Shown piece by piece: positions 41,781 through 51,686 of a stretch of DNA of 64,000 bases. Numbering within the stretch: the first letter of the stretch is position 1; every line of letters starts with the position of its first letter. The notes beneath the pieces were generated by a model. It ran no database searches and was not told the origin of the DNA. It worked only from the letters and a program-made list of their open reading frames with translations. Made by a program: the position numbers and the translations under genes. This DNA is from an uncultured Candidatus Rokubacteria bacterium. GTDB lineage: Bacteria; Methylomirabilota; Methylomirabilia; Rokubacteriales; CSP1-6. The stretch lies in contig CAVXJS010000014.1 of NCBI GenBank assembly GCA_963762145.1, forward strand, positions 1 through 64,000, in the 5' to 3' direction.

Positions 41781-42581
41781 TCATCCTATCGCCGTCACGA
41801 TATGGCTCACCGCGGGCGTCGCCCAACCTTCGTCGTCGACGTACTGTTTGGTTGCCTCAGTCACCTCGGCGATGATGGCGTCGAGACCGCCTTCTCCCTG
41901 CCCGGTCAACGCGCCCATCATGGTTGGTGCGCCACCCACCACGGCCCTGACCAAGTGCTCGGCGGATCGGAATCGAAGCATCTTGGCCTCGGCCCAGAGC
42001 TTGACCTCTCGGAACCCGGCGCCTACGAGGAGGGCTCGGATCGCGCCTGCCTCTCCAAAACTGAACGGCGGGAGCGCTGCCTTTTCGGGACCGATCCGGC
42101 GGGCGAGGGCCTGCTCGAGCACGTGATAGCCCGGAGTGTGTTCGACCGAGCGCCAGCAGGACAACGCAAGGCGGCCGCCGCGCTTGAGCACCCGGTGCAT
42201 CTCTGAGAGCGCCGCTGCTTTGTCAGGAAAGAATTGGAGCCCCTGCTGGCAGACCACAGCGTCGAGGGTCGCATCCGGTAGGGGAATCTTGACCACGCTG
42301 CCTTCCACCCATTCGATGCTCTGACTTGGAGCAGCGAGTCGGGCGACCGCGAGCATACCAGGGTTGAGATCCAGGCCCGTGACCTTGCCCGTTGGTCCCA
42401 CGCGTTCCGCCAAAAGCCTTGTCACGGCGCCTGTACCACACGCGACGTCGAGCGCCAGTTCCCCGGTCCGCACACCGGCCGCCTGTACCAGGTCCGGGGC
42501 CCAGCGCGCGAAAATCGCGGGGACCATGTGCCGCTCATAGATTTCCGCCGGGGTTCCCGAGATCTGCAGCGTCGCCGGCAT
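41781..42581 (-). CDS. Class I SAM-dependent methyltransferase, intact copy
   Basis: LDVACGTG; duplicate of 16761-17560. Confidence 0.92.
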   Translation of the reverse strand: MPATLQISGTPAEIYERHMVPAIFARWAPDLVQAAGVRTGELALDVACGTGAVTRLLAERVGPTGKVTGLDLNPGMLAVARLAAPSQSIEWVEGSVVKIPLPDATLDAVVCQQGLQFFPDKAAALSEMHRVLKRGGRLALSCWRSVEHTPGYHVLEQALARRIGPEKAALPPFSFGEAGAIRALLVGAGFREVKLWAEAKMLRFRSAEHLVRAVVGGAPTMMGALTGQGEGGLDAIIAEVTEATKQYVDDEGWATPAVSHIVTAIG

Positions 42582-42760
42582 GGGAGTCCTCCTATAAGCT
42601 ACGTGGATTGTCTAACCATACTGTCGTTGGACGGCGTGAGCCCGAGCGCAAAGTGCGAGTCACGTCGCTGCCGAGCGGTCTTGGCCGCCTCTTGCGTCTC
42701 GGCGGAGCGGCACGGCGAGGAGGCCGCCCGCCAACGCGCCGAGGAAGGTCCGGCGACCGA

Positions 42761-43747
42761 TCACTCGATCACCCGATCCGCCCTCAACAGGACGGATGGC
42801 GGAATGGTCAGGCCGAGGGTCTTGGCCGTCTTGAGGTTGATCACCAGCTCGAACTTCGTGGACTGCTCGACGGGAAGCTCCGCCGGCCTGGTCCCCTTCA
42901 GGATCTTGTCCACCATCCGCGCCGCCTGCTTGCCGAGCTCGTACGTATTGGCGGCATAGGAGGCCAGCCCACCCCGCTCTACGAAGAACCCACTCGTGAA
43001 CATCGTCGGCATCACTCCTCGCGACGCGACCTCGAGGATGAACCCGGGAATGTTCGAGCTGAGGAACCGGAGGGAAAAGATCCCGTCCGCGTCACCCTTC
43101 CGGAGTCCGGTGATCGTTGCCCGCGCCTCCTCTTCGGTCCTGACCGGCCTCTCCACCAGCGTGAGACCGAGCCGCAGGGCGGCGTCGCGGTGGACGGCCA
43201 GTTGCGCCACGGCGGCCGAATTCGTAGCGTCGTAGGGCACCAGCACACGCTTCAACCCGGGAATCAGTTCCCGGAAGATCTCCATTCTCTTGGGCACGAG
43301 CTGGACGTCCAGATCGGCGACCCCGGTGATGTTGCCGCCCGGGCGGGCGAGACTCCGCACCAGCCCCAATCCGACCGGATCGCCCGAACCGATGACGACG
43401 ATGGGAATTTGATTCGTGGCGACCTGGGCCGCCTTCGCCGCCGGCCCGCTTTCCGTCGTCACGATGAGGTCCACCCGGTGCCGAACGAGGTCGCGAGCGG
43501 CCGCGGGCAGCTCGGCGACCTTGCCTTCGGTGAAGCGCACCCCGATCGTGAAATCCTTGTCCTCGCGGTACCCGAGCTCCTGAAGGCCGTCGCGCAGCCC
43601 GACAATGGACGGCGTCGGCCCCCAGGATTCCGTGAGCGCCCCGATCTTGAACAGGCGAGCCGGCTGAGCGAAGGCGTCGCGGCCGAGCAACCCTGCCCCC
43701 GAGACCAGGAACCCGACCACGAGCTGGCGACGACGCAGGTCCGTCAT
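42761..43747 (-). CDS. SBP-f (divergent leader MTDLRRRQL)
   Basis: [10 protein letters not shown], tail [31 protein letters not shown]. Confidence 0.88.
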   Translation of the reverse strand: MTDLRRRQLVVGFLVSGAGLLGRDAFAQPARLFKIGALTESWGPTPSIVGLRDGLQELGYREDKDFTIGVRFTEGKVAELPAAARDLVRHRVDLIVTTESGPAAKAAQVATNQIPIVVIGSGDPVGLGLVRSLARPGGNITGVADLDVQLVPKRMEIFRELIPGLKRVLVPYDATNSAAVAQLAVHRDAALRLGLTLVERPVRTEEEARATITGLRKGDADGIFSLRFLSSNIPGFILEVASRGVMPTMFTSGFFVERGGLASYAANTYELGKQAARMVDKILKGTRPAELPVEQSTKFELVINLKTAKTLGLTIPPSVLLRADRVIE

Positions 43748-43751
43748 GCGC

Positions 43752-44351
43752 TCAGGGGGCTGGCTCGGCCAGCAGGGCCTCGATGAGCGCACGTGCCGGA
43801 GGACTCCCCCATTGACGTGGTCCCACGCCGAAAGCGACGGCGCGCCCATCCCGACCGAGGACGAAGCTCGTCGGAAGTCCGATCACGCCATACAGACGAT
43901 TGTTCTTGCCCGCCTGATCGAGCACGAGCGGAAAGGTCAAGCGCAGCTCCGTGGCGTAGGTCGCGACTGCTTGCTTGTCCTCCCGGGCGTTGATCCCGAT
44001 GACGGCGAGTCCTCGCCACGCGAACTCTCGGTGGAGTCCCTCCAGTATGGGCATCTCCGGGCGACACTCGAGACACCAGCTCGCCCAGAAATTGACGATG
44101 ACCACCTTTCCACGCAGGTCGGTCAGCGAGAGCACTCGGGCGTCGAGTGTGTGGCCACTGAAGTGTGGAGGTTTCGTACCGGAGCGGTAGCCGACGAGAT
44201 CGAGACGCGTGAGCAGGGCCGTCACCGCCGGCTGCTCGGCACTCGCGGAACTCCACACGGCAACCACGAGCAGGGCGCTGGCGAGCAGTCGGCCCCGGCC
44301 GGCGAGCCGGCAGTTCAGCCCACCTCCCGGCTCGGCCGGCCCGGACGCCAT
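43752..44351 (-). CDS. TlpA/ResA-family thiol-disulfide oxidoreductase
   Basis: VNFWASWCLECRPEMP, YGVIGLPTS. Confidence 0.88.
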   Translation of the reverse strand: MASGPAEPGGGLNCRLAGRGRLLASALLVVAVWSSASAEQPAVTALLTRLDLVGYRSGTKPPHFSGHTLDARVLSLTDLRGKVVIVNFWASWCLECRPEMPILEGLHREFAWRGLAVIGINAREDKQAVATYATELRLTFPLVLDQAGKNNRLYGVIGLPTSFVLGRDGRAVAFGVGPRQWGSPPARALIEALLAEPAP

Positions 44352-44353
44352 CG

Positions 44354-44917
44354 TCAGCGTTTTCCGATGATCTCCCGGATATCCCGCAACAGGGTGTCGC
44401 TGTACACCACGGTGGTCGTCGGGTTGTCGATGATCCACTTCTTGCGCAGGATGCCCTGAGGATCGATGAGGAACAAGGCCCGGTTCGCGGTCATGGTCTT
44501 TTCATTGAGCACGCCGTAGCTGCGCATGACCTTCCGCTCGGGAAAGTCGCTGAGCAGCGGGAACGGCAGCTTCAGGGATTCGGCAAAGGTCTGCTGCGAG
44601 AAAGAAATGTTGGCACTGGCCCCGAGGTTCTGAATCCCCAGGTCTTCGAAACGCTTGTAGTCGGCCTTCCTGGCTGACAGGTTCGCCGCTCAGGTTGGCG
44701 AGAAGTCGGCGCCATAGAACTCGAGGAGGACCCACTTCTTGCCCCGAAAATCCGTGAGGGAGACATCGGCTCCCATGGTACCGGGCAACGTGAAGTCGGG
44801 TGCGGGCTGGCCCACCTCCACGGCCACGGCCGGCCCGGGACCGATGACGATCGACGCAATCGCGAGGGTCGCACCCACCAGGATCCAGCCAAACGTGCCC
44901 CGGCCCAGGACCATCAT
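44354..44917 (-). CDS. Exported AhpC/TSA (peroxiredoxin-like) putative selenoprotein with in-frame UGA at 44690-44692
   Basis: APDFTLP...FYGADFSPT-(UGA)-AANL...FPLLSD...RALFLIDPQG in one frame; hairpin after the UGA. Confidence 0.8.
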
Positions 44918-45299
44918 GTGCGTCTCCTTCAGAAGGATTTGGACGTTCACGGCGCGTTGTTGTCGAATGCTGCCGGAGGGAAGTGATTCTCGTCAGCCGG
45001 TCGCCCGTCGATCACACCGGCTCCGGATCGGACCGCGTTGCTACCGGATTGCGCTGGCCGGCACCACGCTTGACTTGCCGGAATCCTACCACAGCTTGAT
45101 AGAGGACTGCTTGCGCCGAAGTGTGCCCGGGCGGTGCCATGGTCGAGGGGAGCAAGCGCGCGTCGTGCGTCCGCTGGGACACGTCGAACGTGCCGGCATG
45201 AACCAAGAGTTTCTTCGTGACGCGCCGGCACACGGGGCGCTCGCTGACTACGGGCCTGGGCGGCGCGTGCTAAGTCGTTGCAAGCGGGTGAGAAACCCA

Positions 45300-45346
45300 T
45301 GGTGGGCTGGGACGGGATTGGACCGCCGACACCAGGATTCTCAGAC
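45300..45346 (-). repeat. Degenerate 3' half of a tRNA (Phe-like), relic att site
   Basis: CTGAGAATCCTGGTGTCGGCGGTCCAATCCCGTCCCAGCCCACCA; tandem TTGTGCC repeats at 45402-45419. Confidence 0.65.
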
Positions 45347-45430
45347 CTAGGCCTCAGTTCGTGTAAGTATGCGTAACTGCTTACGACAGTTGCCCGAGTT
45401 AGGCACAACTTGGGCACAAACTCTGGGCCA

Positions 45431-46408
45431 CTACTCGATCACCTGATCCGCCCGCTGCAGGAGCGACGGCGGGATCGTCAGCCCGAGCGCCCTGGCAGTC
45501 TTGAGATTGATCACAAACTCGAACTTGGTTGGCTGCTCTACGGGAAGGTCGGTCGGCTTCGCTCCCTTGAGGATCTTGTCGACGAAATCGGCGGTGCGCC
45601 GGTACAGATCCAGGAAGCTCGGTCCATAGGACAGCAGCCCTCCCGCTTCGACGAACTCCCGAACGTTATACATCGTCGGCAGCCGCACACCCAACGCCAA
45701 GGTGTTCATGCTGATCCGGTGAGTGGTTACGAGTGGGTCGTTGCAGACATAAAGTGCCTCCGCGCGGCCCTTGAGCGCCTCGAAGGCGGGCGCGATATCC
45801 TCCGGGCGCCGGATTTCTGATGCGACAACTTCGAGGCCAAGCGTGCGGGCCGTTGCCTGAACCTCGCGCATCTCCACCACGGCGGCGGGAGTGTCGCTAT
45901 TGGCCATGATCGCCAAACGGCGCAGACCGGGGACGACCTCGCGCACCAGTCCGAGTCGCTTGGCAGCTAGGTCGGTCGCCTGGAGCGACAGGCCGGTGAC
46001 GTTGCCGCCCGGTCGCGCCAGACTCGCGACCAGGCCGGTGCCGACCGGGTCCCCCACCGCCGCGAACACGATCGGGATGACCGATGTCGCTTGCTTTGCC
46101 GCGACGACTTGTCGGGTTCCCCCCGTGACAATGACATCCACCTTCAGGCGGACGAGCTCGGCCGCGATCTCGGCCAGGCGCTCGACGCGTCCTTCCCCCC
46201 AGCGATACTCGATCGCAACATTGCGACCCTCGATCCAGCTGAGTTCGCGCAGTCGCTCCAAAAAGGCGCCGACCCGGGGGCTCTCGAGCGAAGGCGTGGT
46301 AGGACCCAAGAACCCGATGGTTGGTCGCTTCGCCTGCTGGGCGCGCGCAACGAGCGGCGCGGCGAGGAGGCCACCAGTTAAGGTGCTAAGGAAGCTGCGC
46401 CGGTCCAC
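45431..46408 (-). CDS. SBP-e
   Basis: Intact ORF with leader, core and tail. Confidence 0.9.
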   Translation of the reverse strand: MDRRSFLSTLTGGLLAAPLVARAQQAKRPTIGFLGPTTPSLESPRVGAFLERLRELSWIEGRNVAIEYRWGEGRVERLAEIAAELVRLKVDVIVTGGTRQVVAAKQATSVIPIVFAAVGDPVGTGLVASLARPGGNVTGLSLQATDLAAKRLGLVREVVPGLRRLAIMANSDTPAAVVEMREVQATARTLGLEVVASEIRRPEDIAPAFEALKGRAEALYVCNDPLVTTHRISMNTLALGVRLPTMYNVREFVEAGGLLSYGPSFLDLYRRTADFVDKILKGAKPTDLPVEQPTKFEFVINLKTARALGLTIPPSLLQRADQVIE

Positions 46409-47400
46409 TACTCGATCACCTGATCCGCCCGCTGCAGGAGCGGCGGCGGGATCGTCAGGCCGAGAGCCTTGGCGGTCTTGAGGTTGATGACCAACTGGAC
46501 GTTTGTCGGACGGTGGATCGGGAGCTCGGAGGGCTTGGCGCCCTTGAAGATGCGATCGACATAGCCGGCCGCGTGCCGGTGGAGATCGGGTTCGTTGGAG
46601 TCGTACGCCATTAGCCCATTGGCGTCGGTCACCATCAGGGCCCACGGGTAGATCGCCGGAAGCTTGTGGCGGGCGGCCAGCTCGGTCAGTCGCGCGCGGT
46701 TAACCACGAAGATGCTCTCGCCGGTGACGACGAGACCATTCGCGCCCTCCTTGAGGCCAGCCTCGAGGGCGGCGGGAAGATCGTCGCCGGCGCGGATATC
46801 GCGGATCAGCAACGCCACCCCCAGCGACGGCGCCGCCGCCTCCAGGACTTTAACCTGGAGTGGAGCGATCGGATCGGCAAGGTTCGAAAGCACGAGAACG
46901 CGCGAGAGTTTCGGCACCGTCTCCTTCAGCAGCTCCAGGCGCTTGCCGGCGAGGTCCGAGGTCATCATGGTCGCGCCGGTGATGTTGCCCGCGGGGCGGG
47001 CGAGGCTTGAGATGAGCCCCGTGCCCACGGGGTCTCCCAGGGACAGCATGACGATAGGCACCGTCTGCGTCGCCTTCTTCGCGGCAAATCCTCCGGGTGT
47101 AGTGGTCACCGCGATCACATCCGCCTTGCGGCGCAGGCACTCCTGAGCCAGTTCCGCAAAACGTTCGTGCTGGCCGCCGGCGGACAGGTAGTCGATGGTT
47201 ACGGTCCGGCCGTTCACGTAGCCCAGCTCGGATAGGCGTTGGAAGAAGGCTTCCCATCTCGGCGAGCGCGTCTCGAACGTCCCCGGATCGAAGATGAGAA
47301 AGCAGAGTCGGGGGAGCTTCTTGGCTGGCTGCGCCTCCGCGTCGAGCGGCGCGGCGAGGAGGCCGCCAGCGAGGGTGCCGATGAACGCCCGCCGGTTCAT
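46408..47400 (-). CDS. SBP-d
   Basis: Intact ORF with leader, core and tail. Confidence 0.9.
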   Translation of the reverse strand: MNRRAFIGTLAGGLLAAPLDAEAQPAKKLPRLCFLIFDPGTFETRSPRWEAFFQRLSELGYVNGRTVTIDYLSAGGQHERFAELAQECLRRKADVIAVTTTPGGFAAKKATQTVPIVMLSLGDPVGTGLISSLARPAGNITGATMMTSDLAGKRLELLKETVPKLSRVLVLSNLADPIAPLQVKVLEAAAPSLGVALLIRDIRAGDDLPAALEAGLKEGANGLVVTGESIFVVNRARLTELAARHKLPAIYPWALMVTDANGLMAYDSNEPDLHRHAAGYVDRIFKGAKPSELPIHRPTNVQLVINLKTAKALGLTIPPPLLQRADQVIE

Positions 47401-47740
47401 CACTCGATCACCTGGTCCGCCCGCTGCAGGAGCGACGGCGGGATCGTCAGGCCGAGGGCCTTCGCAGTCTTGAGGTTGATGACCAGCTCGAACTTGGTCG
47501 GTTGCTCGACCGAAAGGTCACCGGGCTTCGGGCCCTTCAAGATCTTGTCCACGTAAGCGGCGGCACGTCTCCACAGATCTGGGAGGTTTGGACCGTACGA
47601 CATGAGGCCTCCAGCCTCGACGTAGACCCGAGCCGGATATATGCGGGCAGCCGGCTCCCGGCCACCGCGTCGACGAGGCGCGCACGGTGCGTCACGAAGA
47701 GTGGGTTATCGGCGGGTAGCACACCCTCGATACGTTCGCT
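47400..47740 (-). pseudogene. SBP C-terminal third only
   Basis: [12 protein letters not shown]...GLMSYGPN...conserved tail; no N-terminus. Confidence 0.8.
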
Positions 47741-47766
47741 TGCCTGAAAGTGTTCATGCCAGAGTG

Positions 47767-48279
47767 CTACCGCTCAGCGCGTGCCCTCAAGAGCTCCGTC
47801 AGGGTGAAGACAAAGTCCCTCTGGGCCTCCGGCTTGTGGCATTCGAAGCAGCCCTTGATGTTCGCCTTCGGGTCGCGGCTGCCGTCACCGAGGAAGCGCG
47901 CATATTCCCACTCGCCATTCCGAAGCTCTTCGGGATACTCAGCCCCCCAACCCGGCCGCTTCTCCATCACTACAACTCGGTCGAGCCGCCCGCGCACAAG
48001 GCGTCCGTTCGGGTCCTTCACCAGCTCGCCCTTCTCATCCACGAGGGCCTTGAACGTTGGCAGACTGAGGATGGTGCCATAGGGTAGCGGCTGACCAGGC
48101 TGCAACACCTTGAAGGCTTCAGGATTGATGTAGGCCTCTCGTAGCTCCTTGAGATCGGGCTGGTCGAGCACCGTGTACAGCACATGGTTCTGATAGAGCG
48201 GAAAGGCGACTTTCTCTTGGCCGGCCAGGGCAGGTGTGGTCAGGATCAAGAATAGCGTGACGAGGGCTCGAAGGACCAT
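47767..48279 (-). CDS. Cytochrome P460-family c-type cytochrome
   Basis: Signal peptide, VVMEK...GEWEYARF, C-terminal CFECH...DFVF. Confidence 0.78.
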   Translation of the reverse strand: MVLRALVTLFLILTTPALAGQEKVAFPLYQNHVLYTVLDQPDLKELREAYINPEAFKVLQPGQPLPYGTILSLPTFKALVDEKGELVKDPNGRLVRGRLDRVVVMEKRPGWGAEYPEELRNGEWEYARFLGDGSRDPKANIKGCFECHKPEAQRDFVFTLTELLRARAER

Positions 48280-48627
48280 GGTATCTCCTTGGAGCGGTCA
48301 GGATGGGGCGGGCGTCACTATCTCAAAGGGCAAGCTCGCGGGCAAGGCAGAAGGAGCCAACGCGCCAACGGGGCTTTCCCGTGCTCGTCAACGGATCATG
48401 GGTCGCCGCCACCAGTGCAGCCACCAGCCACAAAGCCACGTCCCGCCCGGTGGCACTCCCGCGCCCGCTCCGCGTCTCTCTCCTCCCATGCCTGGCGGAT
48501 GGCCTCCCTGCTGGGCCTGTCACATCGAGCAGCCTGGGAGCGCGCCGACCAAGAGGATTCCACCCAGAGTGTCTGGAAGGATCTCCCTCAACGCTCAAGC
48601 TCCCAGTGGGCGCAATCGAGTGTGGCC

Positions 48628-48732
48628 CTACTCGATCACCGAGCGATCCTGGCCCGCCTGCTGCGCCTCGGCGGCGAGCGGCGCGGCGAGGAGGCCCCCA
48701 GCCAAGGCACCGATGAACGCCCGCCGATCCAT
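48628..48732 (-). pseudogene. Empty SBP unit: leader fused directly to terminal VIE*
   Basis: [34 protein letters not shown]. Confidence 0.8.
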
Positions 48733-49703
48733 CACTCGATCACCTGATCCGCCCGCTGCAGGAGCGACGGCGGGATTGTCAGGCCGAGGGCCTTGGCCGT
48801 CTTGAGGTTGATGACTAGTTCGAACTTCGTCGGCTGCTCGATGGGAAGGTCGGCGGGCTTGGCGCCCTTGAGAATCTTGTCCACGTAGGTCGCGGCGCGC
48901 CGGAACATCTCTGGATAGCTGGCCCCATAAACCAAGAGGCCGCCGGCATCAGCAAACCCCCTGAGCGTAAACACGGCCGGCAGGCGGCTCTTTGATGCGA
49001 ACTCCACGATTCGTATCCTGTGGGAATAGAAGAAGATGTCCCCTTGGACGATGAGGGCGTCGGGGCGCTTCTTCTCCACCGCGGCGAATGCGGTGTCGAA
49101 CTCGGTTGGACTTTTCACTCCCACGAGGTCCAGGCGCACGCCCAAACGCGTCGCCGCAGCCTTCGCCTCTCTGACGAGACCGTCATGCAGCGGATTGGCC
49201 GGATTCCACAGTACGGCCACCTGCGAAAGCTGCTTGGGAACGAGTTCCCTCAGCAGCTCGAGCCGCTTTGCCTCAAGGCCGGGATTGTGAGCGGACAACC
49301 CGGTGATGTTCCCGCCGGGCCGCGCCAGGCTCGCGACGAGCTTGGTTCCAACGGGATCTCCGCTCAGCATGACGATGGGGACTGTCTTGGTCACGTTTTT
49401 CGCGGCCAAGGTTGAAGGCGTACCCCAAGTAACAATAACGTCAGTGCCGACTCTGGCGAGGTCGGCTGCGAGCCGAGGAAGCCCCTCGTCGCTCCCTTCT
49501 CCCCATCTGTACTCGAGCAGGATCGTCTGTCCTTCGACATAACCGAGATCGCGTAATCCTTGCCGGAAGTCCTCCCAGAGTGGTGAATTCTGCGCAACGA
49601 TGCCGACTCGGGGGATCCTCTTTATCGGCTGTGCGTCGGCTGCTCGCGGCCCGGCCAGCGCCCCGGCCAGCGAGGTCAGCAGGAAGCGGCGGCGGCTTAT
49701 CAT
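48732..49703 (-). CDS. SBP-c
   Basis: Intact ORF with leader, core and tail. Confidence 0.9.
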   Translation of the reverse strand: MISRRRFLLTSLAGALAGPRAADAQPIKRIPRVGIVAQNSPLWEDFRQGLRDLGYVEGQTILLEYRWGEGSDEGLPRLAADLARVGTDVIVTWGTPSTLAAKNVTKTVPIVMLSGDPVGTKLVASLARPGGNITGLSAHNPGLEAKRLELLRELVPKQLSQVAVLWNPANPLHDGLVREAKAAATRLGVRLDLVGVKSPTEFDTAFAAVEKKRPDALIVQGDIFFYSHRIRIVEFASKSRLPAVFTLRGFADAGGLLVYGASYPEMFRRAATYVDKILKGAKPADLPIEQPTKFELVINLKTAKALGLTIPPSLLQRADQVIE

Positions 49704-50696
49704 TCGATCACCTGATCCGCCCGCTGCAGGAGCGACGGCGGGATCGTGAGGCCGAGGGCCTTGGCGGTCTTGAGGTTGATCACCAGCTCGAACTTGGTGG
49801 GCTGCTCGATCGGTAGATCGGCGGGTTTGGCGCCCTTGAGGATCTTATCCACGTAGGTGGCGGCGCGGCGGAACAAATCAGGAAGGTCCGGCCCATAGGA
49901 CATGAGGCCTCCGTCCTCGGCCCAACCTCGGAACGAGTACACCGTAGGCAGCCGGTTCTTGGTCGCCAGGTCCACGAGGCGTCGTCGGTGAATGTCGAAC
50001 ATCGGCGTCACGGCGATGTACACGGCGCCAGCCTGAACTCTCGCCATGTCCGCGAAGGCCCGATCGAAGTCCTCCGGACTGCGCGCCTCCACGAAATGCA
50101 GCCGTACCCCGAGCGCCCGCGCCGTGACCTCTGCTGCTTTGACTCTGTCCTTCCTGGCGCCCTCCGGCATGGCATCTGGCTTCAACAGAAAGGCAACCGT
50201 ACTCAGCCCAGGAACCGCCTGCTTCAAGAGTTCTAGCGACTTGCCGACGAGCTCCCAGGTGACGATGGACAAGCCCGTGACGTTGCCACCCGGTCGCGCA
50301 AGACTGGAGACAAGTCTCTCTTGCACGGGATCGCCCGAAGCGGTGAACACGATCGGCAGAGTCGTCGTGGCCTGCTTCGCGGCCAGGGCGGCGAGGGTGC
50401 CGCCGGCGGCGACGATCACATCGAGCTTGAGCGCAACCAGCTCGGTCGCAAGAGCGGGGAACCGGTCGGTTTTTCCCCCCGGCATCCCGGTATTCGATCA
50501 GGAGGTTGCGGCCTTCGATGTAGCCTAGCTTGCGCAATCCTTCGATGAAGGCATTGCGGTTGCGGGGATCGGCGGCCGCCAGGTTGAGCGACAGGTAACC
50601 GATGCGAGCGTTCCTGTCCGCGTGCTGCGCCTCGACAGCGAGCGGCGCGGCGAGGAGGCCACACGCGGCAGCCGCGATGAAGGCTCGGCGGTCCAC
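49700..50696 (-). CDS. SBP-b, frameshift at a homopolymer near 50475
   Basis: Two overlapping ORFs supply the leader/N-terminus and the core/tail. Confidence 0.87.
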
Positions 50697-51682
50697 TACT
50701 CAATCACCTGATCCGCCCGCTGGAGGAGCGACGGCGGGATCGTCAGGACGAGGGCTTTGGCGGTCTTGAGGTTGATGACCAGCTCGAACTTGGTCGGCTG
50801 CTCGACAGGCAGGTCGACGGGTTTCGCGCCTTTCAGTATTTTGCCGACATGAAAGGCCCCCCGGCGGGCCATTTCGGCGTAGTCGGGCCCGTAGGTGAGA
50901 AGAGCGCCGGGTGGAATCCAAATCCGGTTCAATCCCATGATTGGCAGCCGATGCGTCGCGGCATATTCCACGATGCGTGCGCGATACGGGTACACGGCGA
51001 TGTGCACATGCAGCGCGTCGGGGCGCTCGCGTGACATCGCCACCAGGGCCGGCTCGAGATCCGCTGGACCGTGGATCTCCACCGAGACCAGCGCCATTCC
51101 CGCGGTCTTGGCAATGGCCTCCATGTCCTTCCACCCCGCTGCTGACGCCGGATTCTCCGGGTTCCATAGAACGGCGAGGCGAGACAACCTGGGAAGGGCC
51201 TCACGCATGATGTGCAGCGCCTTCGCTTGCAGGTCAGGATACTGAGCGGCTATTCCGGTGACGTTCCCGCCCGGCCGAACCAGGCTCGCGACGAGACCGT
51301 CGCGGACCGGATCGCTGAGCCCGATGAAGACGATCGGAATCGTGCTGGTCCGTTCCTTGGCGGTACGAGCTACTAACGTACTGGATGTCACGATGATATC
51401 TACCTTCATCTGCAGCAGATCGGTCACGAAGTTGGACGCCCGCTCATTCTTCCCCTCTAGGAATCGCCCCTCAATGACGAGATTTCTATCCGTGACGTAG
51501 CCCTGCTCACGGAGGCCTTGGAGAAAAGCCGACCAGTATCGAGAGTCTTCCGGATTCGTAGGGGACACGGTCCCGATGTATCCGATGTGTGGGATCTTCG
51601 TCGCTTGCTGCGCCGCCGCGCCGAGCGGCGCGGCGAGGACGCCGCCCGTCAAAGTGCTAATGAAGTCTCGTCGGGTCACCAT
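50696..51682 (-). CDS. SBP-a (first in the array)
   Basis: MVTRRDF leader, core and tail. Confidence 0.9.
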   Translation of the reverse strand: MVTRRDFISTLTGGVLAAPLGAAAQQATKIPHIGYIGTVSPTNPEDSRYWSAFLQGLREQGYVTDRNLVIEGRFLEGKNERASNFVTDLLQMKVDIIVTSSTLVARTAKERTSTIPIVFIGLSDPVRDGLVASLVRPGGNVTGIAAQYPDLQAKALHIMREALPRLSRLAVLWNPENPASAAGWKDMEAIAKTAGMALVSVEIHGPADLEPALVAMSRERPDALHVHIAVYPYRARIVEYAATHRLPIMGLNRIWIPPGALLTYGPDYAEMARRGAFHVGKILKGAKPVDLPVEQPTKFELVINLKTAKALVLTIPPSLLQRADQVIE

Positions 51683-51686
51683 CGAA

